Source of the DNA: Desulfobacterales bacterium
GTDB lineage: Bacteria > Desulfobacterota > Desulfobacteria > Desulfobacterales > UBA5852
Direction of reading: 5' to 3'
DNA length: 42,231 nt
NCBI GenBank assembly: GCA_050124295.1
Contig: JASFFM010000001.1
Location: forward strand, 1 to 42,231
A program made the translations under genes and the position numbers. The notes under the pieces are model-generated. The model was not told where the DNA came from. It did no database searches and worked only from the letters and a program-made list of their open reading frames with translations. This document shows, piece after piece, positions 18,969 through 25,666 of this stretch; positions within the stretch are counted from its first letter, which is position 1, and each line of letters starts with the position of its first letter.

Positions 18969-20675
18969 ATGAAGAAGCACCCCTCATCGCCATCGCCTCA
19001 TGGCGCCGCGGAAACCGGTGTCATCCGCAAATCATGGTCGGACCGCATCCATGTCGGCCTGGCCTTTCCCCAGCACTACCGCCTGGCCATGTCCAATCTC
19101 GGCTATCAGACGGTTTATCGCCAATTCAACGCCATCGAAGACATTGTCTGCGAGCGGTTTTGTCTGCCCGATCAACCCGACACACCCCTGCGCGCCATCG
19201 AAAGCGGCCGACCGCTGGCGGCCTTCGATATCCTGGCTTTCTCCGTAGCTTTTGAAAACGACTACCCCAACCTGATTGCCATGCTGGCCCAGGGCCGCCT
19301 GCCGCTTTTGGCCCGCGACCGCGACACCACCCACCCCCTGGTTATCATCGGCGGCATTGCGGCCATGCTCAATCCCGAGCCTCTGGCGCCCTTTGCCGAT
19401 GTTATCCTGATTGGTGAAGCCGAAGCCCTGTTGCCCGGTTTCACAGCCATTTACCGGCAGACATCCAGCCGCGCGCAGTTTTTGCGGCAAGCCGCCACGG
19501 CCGTCCCTGGCGCCTATATCCCGGCGTTCTATACCCTCGCCTATGACCGTCATGGCGACATCGCCTCCCGCCAGCCCGCCGCCGGCATCCCGGCAACCGT
19601 AAACCGGGCCTACCTGCCGGACGTTGAAACGATGGACACCGCTTCGACCATTCTGACCGCGGACACCACCTTTGCTGACACCTGCCTGATCGAAGTCAGT
19701 CGCGGATGCCCGCATGGCTGCCGCTTTTGCAGTGCCGGGTTTATCTATCGCCCGCCCCGCTTTCGTAGCGCCGATTTCCTGGAAGAGAGCATTCGCCGCG
19801 CCATGCGGCGAACCTCCCGTGTGGGTCTGGTGGGGGCCGCCGTGTCCGACTTTCCCGAACTAAGCGCCATCTGCCGCCGCTTTGAAAATACCGCTTTGCG
19901 GTTGTCGTTCAGTTCCCTGCGGGCCGACGCCCTCACCGACGAACTGCTGGCAGTGCTGAGGGCCAACCGGACCAAGACGGCCACCATCGCACCGGAAGCC
20001 GGCTCCCAGCGTTTGCGCAACGTCATCAACAAAGGGTTGTCCGAAGCAGATATCCTGTGGGGCGTGGAAAAAATCGTCCAGACCGGCATCCTCAATATTA
20101 AGCTTTACTTCCTTATCGGCCTGCCCACGGAGACCATGGAAGACATCGAGGCCATCCTAGCGCTCTGCCGCCAGATCAAGGCGGTCTTCCTGAATGCCAG
20201 CCGGAAGCGGAAACGCATGGGCACGATCACCGTCAACACCAACGCGTTTATTCCCAAACCGGCGACCCCCTTTCAGTGGGCGGCCATGGATACGATCGCC
20301 TCCCTGCAGACCAAAGCCCGCCTTTTGCGCACGGGTCTCAAAGCGATCGCCAACGTGCGCTTCCAGATGGACAACCTGCGCGACGGTTACGTCCAGGCCC
20401 TTTTCTCCCGGGGGGACCGCCGCCTGGCCGATCTTCTCTTGCAACACCATCATATCGGCGGCAACTGGGGTCAGACTTTCCGAAGCAGCGCCATCGATAC
20501 CGCCCGCTATGTGAACCGCGAACGTGACCGTGATGAAATGCTCCCCTGGGATTTCATTGACACCGGGGTGACCAAATCCTTTCTCTGGGACGACTACCAG
20601 AAGGCCCTCAGCGGTAGGTTGACCCCGCCATGTCCCTTGCATGGTTGCACCCGCTGCGGTGCCTGTCCGGCGTGA
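18969..20675 (+). CDS. Large radical SAM protein with a B12-binding-like N-terminal domain (TIGR03960-like family)
   Basis: CPHGCRFC (CxxxCxxC) radical SAM cluster motif. The N-terminal segment (LAMSNLGYQTVY...) resembles the uncharacterised radical SAM family that usually pairs with DUF2344. Start trimmed to the ATG at 18969 (MKKHPSS). Confidence 0.75.
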   Translation: MKKHPSSPSPHGAAETGVIRKSWSDRIHVGLAFPQHYRLAMSNLGYQTVYRQFNAIEDIVCERFCLPDQPDTPLRAIESGRPLAAFDILAFSVAFENDYPNLIAMLAQGRLPLLARDRDTTHPLVIIGGIAAMLNPEPLAPFADVILIGEAEALLPGFTAIYRQTSSRAQFLRQAATAVPGAYIPAFYTLAYDRHGDIASRQPAAGIPATVNRAYLPDVETMDTASTILTADTTFADTCLIEVSRGCPHGCRFCSAGFIYRPPRFRSADFLEESIRRAMRRTSRVGLVGAAVSDFPELSAICRRFENTALRLSFSSLRADALTDELLAVLRANRTKTATIAPEAGSQRLRNVINKGLSEADILWGVEKIVQTGILNIKLYFLIGLPTETMEDIEAILALCRQIKAVFLNASRKRKRMGTITVNTNAFIPKPATPFQWAAMDTIASLQTKARLLRTGLKAIANVRFQMDNLRDGYVQALFSRGDRRLADLLLQHHHIGGNWGQTFRSSAIDTARYVNRERDRDEMLPWDFIDTGVTKSFLWDDYQKALSGRLTPPCPLHGCTRCGACPA

Positions 20676-20792
20676 TGGCGCCCCTTTGACATGCGGCTTG
20701 CAACCCAGCCTTAATCAGGGCACACCCATCAAAAAAGGTCCCTCGCTGACCCGCGTTTTTTTATAACCCGTTGTTATCGTCCAGATTTCCGA

Positions 20793-20822
20793 TTGACCGA
20801 TTTTTTAGCTCACGAATATTTT
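20793..20822 (+). promoter_or_regulatory. Candidate sigma70-type promoter of the cytochrome c/rnf operon (TTGACC-18 nt-TATTTT)
   Basis: TTGACC at 20793-20798 and TATTTT at 20817-20822, in an AT-rich stretch of the 275-bp intergenic region upstream of the cytochrome gene. Confidence 0.4.
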
Positions 20823-20950
20823 TTGGAATGGCGTAATTTTTCGAGTTAAAAAAAGCACTTGCCTCAAAGCGACCCCTTGTGGTAGTTGAATTATTCCAGT
20901 TTGCCGCGCCAGTGCACCTCTTAACCCACAATTTAAGGAACGGATTGCCG

Positions 20951-21388
20951 ATGACTTCTAAGAGAGAGTTGAAGCTGATCTACAGCGTGGCTGTCATTCT
21001 CTTTGTGGTTGGTCTTTTCTGTTACGCCGCTTTCCCCTCCAAACCTCCGGACGAGCCCGTCCGAATCCAGTATCGCAGTGCTACCGGCAACGTCCTCTTC
21101 GAACATAGTAAACATGCCGCCGACTACGGCGTCGACTGCTATGATTGCCATCATCATCCCGGCGATGATGAGGCGGGGCTGGTGGCCTGCAGTGAATGTC
21201 ACCTTAAGAACCCGGAAGAAAACGCCCCACCACCCGAAATCTGCCTGGACTGCCATGGGGAAGATGAAATTGAAGATACCGAAATGCTGTCCCAACCCGA
21301 TGCATCCCACAATCAGTGCGCGGAGTGCCACGACGGAATTGGGGCCGGCCCGCTAAAACAAGCCTGTTCGGAATGCCATCTCCAATAG
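20951..21388 (+). CDS. Membrane-anchored pentaheme c-type cytochrome (Rnf-associated)
   Basis: Five CxxCH motifs (CYDCH, CSECH, CLDCH, CAECH, CSECH) within about 90 aa. N-terminal hydrophobic anchor or signal (LIYSVAVILFVVGLFCYAAF). The ATG at 20951 follows AAGGAA. Confidence 0.9.
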   Translation: MTSKRELKLIYSVAVILFVVGLFCYAAFPSKPPDEPVRIQYRSATGNVLFEHSKHAADYGVDCYDCHHHPGDDEAGLVACSECHLKNPEENAPPPEICLDCHGEDEIEDTEMLSQPDASHNQCAECHDGIGAGPLKQACSECHLQ

Positions 21389-21451
21389 TTTGGGAACAGA
21401 TCTGGCAATTACCCCGGTGTTTCGCCGTCTTGCGTTCAGAAGGGTCAGATT

Positions 21452-22735
21452 ATGATCAACAATGTATTCAGCCGTTCAGCCAGTGAAACCATCCACTACG
21501 AGCTGCTTCATCAAACCCCGCAGGGCCTGCAGCACATCACCAGTGCCGAGACCGCCGTTCTTCTCATTGAAGAAAAACTCGAACGCCAGTCCCAGCTGGC
21601 CTTGAAAGTCGGTGATAGCGTGCAAACGGGTCAAAAGATAGTACCCTTTAGCGACCGCCCGGCCTATGCGATTTCGAGCGTAACCGGCACCGTGGCGGCC
21701 ATCCGGCCCATGAACGGTGATTTCGGCAAGCATTTCACGGCCATCGATATTTCCCTGGCGGAGGCCGAAATTGTGGCGGAAGGCCCGGGCGAGATGGAAC
21801 CGACCCTGGCCAATCTCACCGGATGGCTGGCCGGCGCCCCCGGAAATCCGCCCCTGCATCTTTTCGCTGCCGTTGATCACGGCATCCACACCCTGGTCGT
21901 GGCCGGTGTCGATGCCGACCTTCTGGTGGCCACCAACCAGTTTGTCATCAAATCGGAACTAGAGGCCGTCAACCGGGGCATTGATGTTTTAAAAAGCGCC
22001 ACCGGCGTCGACCAGGTGGCCATCGCCGTGCCCCGTGATCTGGTGCAGGGGTTCGGCCATACCGGCGCCAGCGAACTCAAGGCGGTAGCGCCCGATTATC
22101 CGGCCGCCAATCCCAAATTGATCATCTACGAGGCCTTCGGCCGGGAAATCCCGGCCGGGAAATCATGTGAAGACATGGGCTTTGCCTTTTTCAGCGCCGA
22201 AGCGGTGGCTTCCATCGGCAAGGCTTTTGCCACCGGCCGGGTTCCCCATGAAAAAACCATTACCCTGGTGGACAAAAACGGCCGCAAAACCATCCTCTCG
22301 GCCCGTATCGGCACACCCATCGCGGATGTTCTGGCCGCCCACGGGATCGAAACGGGCAGCATGGACCGCCTGGTCACGGGCGGCCCCATGACCGGCATGG
22401 CCATCTTCGACGAGCAGATGCCGATCAAGGCCGACACCGACGCTATCCTGGTGCAGGACGCCAGCGACGTATCCCTGGTCTCCGATTATCCCTGTATCAA
22501 TTGCGGGGAATGTGTTCGGGCCTGTCCCACCCGGGTGCCGGTCAACATGCTGGTGCGCTTTCTGGAAGCCGGCCAATACGAGGAAGGTGCCGACCTTTAC
22601 GACCTTTATTCCTGCGTTGATTGCGGCTTATGCAGTTTCGTATGCGTGGCCCGCATTCCCATCTTTCAATATATCAAACTGGCCAAATACGAACTTTCCC
22701 GACTGACGGCAGCGGAGGCCTCGAATGAGCAGTAA
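21452..22735 (+). CDS. rnfC: Rnf complex subunit C (divergent; NADH/FMN motifs degenerate)
   Basis: RnfC_N-like LKVGDSVQTGQKI, LVTGGPMTGMAI, and two ferredoxin motifs (CINCGECVRACP and CVDCGLCSFVC). Position ahead of rnfDGEAB. Confidence 0.85.
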   Translation: MINNVFSRSASETIHYELLHQTPQGLQHITSAETAVLLIEEKLERQSQLALKVGDSVQTGQKIVPFSDRPAYAISSVTGTVAAIRPMNGDFGKHFTAIDISLAEAEIVAEGPGEMEPTLANLTGWLAGAPGNPPLHLFAAVDHGIHTLVVAGVDADLLVATNQFVIKSELEAVNRGIDVLKSATGVDQVAIAVPRDLVQGFGHTGASELKAVAPDYPAANPKLIIYEAFGREIPAGKSCEDMGFAFFSAEAVASIGKAFATGRVPHEKTITLVDKNGRKTILSARIGTPIADVLAAHGIETGSMDRLVTGGPMTGMAIFDEQMPIKADTDAILVQDASDVSLVSDYPCINCGECVRACPTRVPVNMLVRFLEAGQYEEGADLYDLYSCVDCGLCSFVCVARIPIFQYIKLAKYELSRLTAAEASNEQ

Positions 22736-23684
22736 AAAAAAGTTCATCGTCTCGCATGCGCCCTTCTGGCATAACGGCAGCAATGTTGCCGAAAGGCACT
22801 ACGGCATGCTGCTGGCCGCCATGCCGGCCGTGGCATTGGGCATCGTGTACTATGGTTTTCCCGCCGTGGCGGTCATCGCCCTATCGATCTCCAGCGCTAT
22901 TTTCTGGGAATGGCTGATGTGCCGGTTCACCAAACGTACCATGACCGTCGGCGATGGCAACGCCGCCCTGCTGGGTCTGCTGTTTGCCATGCTGATCCCG
23001 GCCACCACGCCCTGGTGGGTGGTGCTCACGGGGACCCTCCTGACGATGGTTATCGGCCTGCACATTTTCGGCGGTATTGGCAGCAACCCCTTTCATCCGG
23101 TGGCCGTGGCCATGATGATGCTGACCGTCTCCTGGGCCGAATTTATGGATTTCAACGCCGCCCTGGTCAACTATGATTTCGCGTTCAATGCTGTGTATCC
23201 GCTGAGCCTCTCCAAAAACCTCGGCACGGCTGCCGTCGCTGATTTTACAACGCTCAACCTTCTGCTGGGCAGGCAAGTGGGCGGCATCGGCAGTACTTTC
23301 GGACTCGGTCTTATCGGGGGCGGGCTCTATTTGATGGCCAAAGGCTATATCCGCTGGGAAATCAGCCTGTCTTTTCTGGGCGGCATTTTTCTATCGGCAC
23401 TCGCTTTTCACCTGGCGGCGCCGGCCCAGTACGCCGGCCCCATGTTTCATCTGCTGACAGGGTACACCCTGATCGGCGCCTTTTTCCTCCTGCCGGAGAG
23501 CGCTTCTTCGCCGGTCAATCCGATCCCCATGGTGATTTACGGGGCCGGGGCCGCTATTATGACCATGCTGATTCGCAATATCGGTATGTATCATGACGGT
23601 GTTTTGCTGGCTGTGCTGTTGATGAATCTCGTTAATCCACTGCTGGACAAAATCAGACCGCAGGCTTTGGGAAAGGTGGCTTAA
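22725..23684 (+). CDS. rnfD: Rnf complex subunit D (NqrB/RnfD family, divergent)
   Basis: Polytopic membrane protein with SHAPFWHNG, FGGIGSNPFHP, HLLTGYTLIGAFFLL and NLVNPLLDK segments colinear with RnfD/RsxD. 11-nt overlap with rnfC. Confidence 0.88.
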   Translation: MSSKKKFIVSHAPFWHNGSNVAERHYGMLLAAMPAVALGIVYYGFPAVAVIALSISSAIFWEWLMCRFTKRTMTVGDGNAALLGLLFAMLIPATTPWWVVLTGTLLTMVIGLHIFGGIGSNPFHPVAVAMMMLTVSWAEFMDFNAALVNYDFAFNAVYPLSLSKNLGTAAVADFTTLNLLLGRQVGGIGSTFGLGLIGGGLYLMAKGYIRWEISLSFLGGIFLSALAFHLAAPAQYAGPMFHLLTGYTLIGAFFLLPESASSPVNPIPMVIYGAGAAIMTMLIRNIGMYHDGVLLAVLLMNLVNPLLDKIRPQALGKVA

Positions 23685-23685
23685 C

Positions 23686-24264
23686 ATGGGTGAAATGATC
23701 AAGATGGTTGTCGTGCTGACCTTTCTGAGTTCGCTATCGGGCGGGGTGCTGGCCTACGTGAAAGAGGGTACCAGAGAACAAATCGACATGCAGGTTTTAC
23801 AATTGGTCAAGGGGCCGGCCATCAAAACCATTTTCAAGGATGCCACCAACGACCCGGTGGCCGATCGCTTCAGTATCGAAGAGGATGGGAGTAAATACGA
23901 CATGTTCGTTGCCAAGGTGGACGGCAAGGACATGGTCGCCTTTGAAACCTTTGGCAAGGGCTATGGTGGCGATATCGGCCTGGTGGTCGCCTTCGACGTG
24001 GCCGAGGACAAGATTTACGGGGTCGGTGTGACCACGCTCAGCGAAACGGCCGGGCTGGGCTCCAAAGCCAAAGAGGACCCCAAATTTGCGGCCCAGTTCG
24101 CCGGTGTCGATGCCAAAGGGCCGATTGAGGTCGGCAATCCGATCAATGCTTTGAGCGGGGCCACGATCACCTCGCGGGCGGTCTGTTCGGCGGCCACCGA
24201 TGCGGGCGCCGTCTATGAACGGCTGAAACCCCAGATCGAAAAACAACTGCAAGCTTTTAAATAA
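23686..24264 (+). CDS. rnfG: Rnf complex subunit G (FMN_bind domain)
   Basis: N-terminal TM helix, GYGGDIGLVVAF, and an intact flavinylation motif LSGATITSRAV. Confidence 0.9.
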   Translation: MGEMIKMVVVLTFLSSLSGGVLAYVKEGTREQIDMQVLQLVKGPAIKTIFKDATNDPVADRFSIEEDGSKYDMFVAKVDGKDMVAFETFGKGYGGDIGLVVAFDVAEDKIYGVGVTTLSETAGLGSKAKEDPKFAAQFAGVDAKGPIEVGNPINALSGATITSRAVCSAATDAGAVYERLKPQIEKQLQAFK

Positions 24265-24277
24265 CAGGGAGAGCCCC

Positions 24278-24907
24278 ATGGCGAAATCGATCACGCATGA
24301 ATTTGTTAAGGGTCTATGGGAAGAGGTTCCCCCGTTCCGGCTGGTTTTGGGGCTCTGCCCCGTTCTGGGGGTTACCACCAAGATGCAGTTCGGCATCGGC
24401 ATGGGATTGGCCACGACCTTCGTTCTGGTTTTTGCCAATTTTCTGGTTTCCCTGCTAAGAAAGGTCATCCCGGCCAAAGTCCGTATCGCCTGCTTCATTA
24501 TCATTATCGCGACCTTCGTGATCCTGGTGGAACTGCTGATGCAGGCGTATGCCTACAAACTGTTTCTCGACCTGGGGCTTTTCATTCCCTTGATCGTGGT
24601 AAACTGCATCGTCCTGGGCCGCGCCGAAGCCTTCGCCTCCAAAAACGGCCTGTTCCTTTCGATTGCCGACGGACTGGGCATCGGCATCGGTTTTACCCTC
24701 TCCCTGGCAGCCCTTGGCGGTCTGCGTGAAATATTGGGGGCCGGCACCCTGACCGTTTGGGGCGCTCCCCTCTTCGATGGTCCCATTCTGAACATCGCCA
24801 ATTATTTTCCTGGATTCCGGCCATTCGAATTCATGGTTCAAGCCCCCGGCGCCTTCGTCTGCCTGGGCATCATGCTGTGCTTCATGAATATGGTGGGCAA
24901 AAAATAG
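24278..24907 (+). CDS. rnfE: Rnf complex subunit E
   Basis: GLCPVLGVTTKMQFGIGMGLATTFVL...VRIACFIIIIATFV, typical RnfE/NqrD. Confidence 0.92.
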   Translation: MAKSITHEFVKGLWEEVPPFRLVLGLCPVLGVTTKMQFGIGMGLATTFVLVFANFLVSLLRKVIPAKVRIACFIIIIATFVILVELLMQAYAYKLFLDLGLFIPLIVVNCIVLGRAEAFASKNGLFLSIADGLGIGIGFTLSLAALGGLREILGAGTLTVWGAPLFDGPILNIANYFPGFRPFEFMVQAPGAFVCLGIMLCFMNMVGKK

Positions 24908-24917
24908 GAGATTCCCC

Positions 24918-25493
24918 ATGGGCGACTATTTCACCCTGATCATCAGTTGTATCTTCGTCAACAACATCCTCCTGGCGCAATTTCTGGGGAACTGCCCCTT
25001 TTTCGGGACCTCCAAAAAAATGGAAACAGCCGTGGGCATGGCCATGGCGGTTGTCTTTGTCCTGGTCATGGCCGGTGTGATCACCTGGCTGATTTATACC
25101 TACTTACTCGCCGAATTGGGGCTCACTTACCTTCGCACCATCGCCTTCATTCTGGTGATCGCCTCCCTGGTGCAGTTCGTGGAGATGTTCCTGAAAAAAA
25201 GTATTCCTGCGCTGTATGCCGGCCTGGGGATCTTCCTGCCGCTGATTACGACCAATTGCGCCGTTTTTGGCGCCTGCGTCATCAATATCGACAAGGAATA
25301 TTCCTTCATGCAGGCATTGGTGGCTTCGTTCAGTTTCGCCGTGGGTTTCGGTCTGGCGCTGATTCTGTTCGCCGGCGTGCGGGAACGCATTCTGCTGGCC
25401 CGGGTGCCTCGCCCCCTGCAGGATACCTCCATCGCCCTGGTGACGGCCGGGATTATTTCCCTGTCTTTCTATGCGTTCAAGGGTATGGTATAA
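24918..25493 (+). CDS. rnfA: Rnf complex subunit A
   Basis: IFVNNILLAQFLGNCPFFGTSKKMETAVGMAMAVVFV, typical RnfA/NqrE. AGGAGA RBS. Confidence 0.92.
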   Translation: MGDYFTLIISCIFVNNILLAQFLGNCPFFGTSKKMETAVGMAMAVVFVLVMAGVITWLIYTYLLAELGLTYLRTIAFILVIASLVQFVEMFLKKSIPALYAGLGIFLPLITTNCAVFGACVINIDKEYSFMQALVASFSFAVGFGLALILFAGVRERILLARVPRPLQDTSIALVTAGIISLSFYAFKGMV

Positions 25494-25666
25494 TCGGAAT
25501 TAAAAGGCCGCCGGGGGCTGCTGAAGCAGCTACCGATGAGATGAAGCGGCCGCCATCGATCAAAAAATGATGAATAACCAAATCTGCTATCTTCCCCATG
25601 CAACCCTGCATTCTGCTTCTCTTCTCGATGGGTTTCCATTCGAATGCATTCCCCAAGGAGATCGCC

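Noticed and set aside
20700-20760. Run of seven T after the radical SAM gene as a terminator
   Set aside because: The preceding sequence forms only 3-4 bp stems (GGTC/GACC), which is not enough to call an intrinsic terminator.
20829-20843. Sigma54-like element TGGCGT-N5-TTCG upstream of the rnf operon
   Set aside because: The -12 element reads TTCG rather than TTGC, so the invariant GC is out of register. No enhancer-binding-protein gene is nearby.
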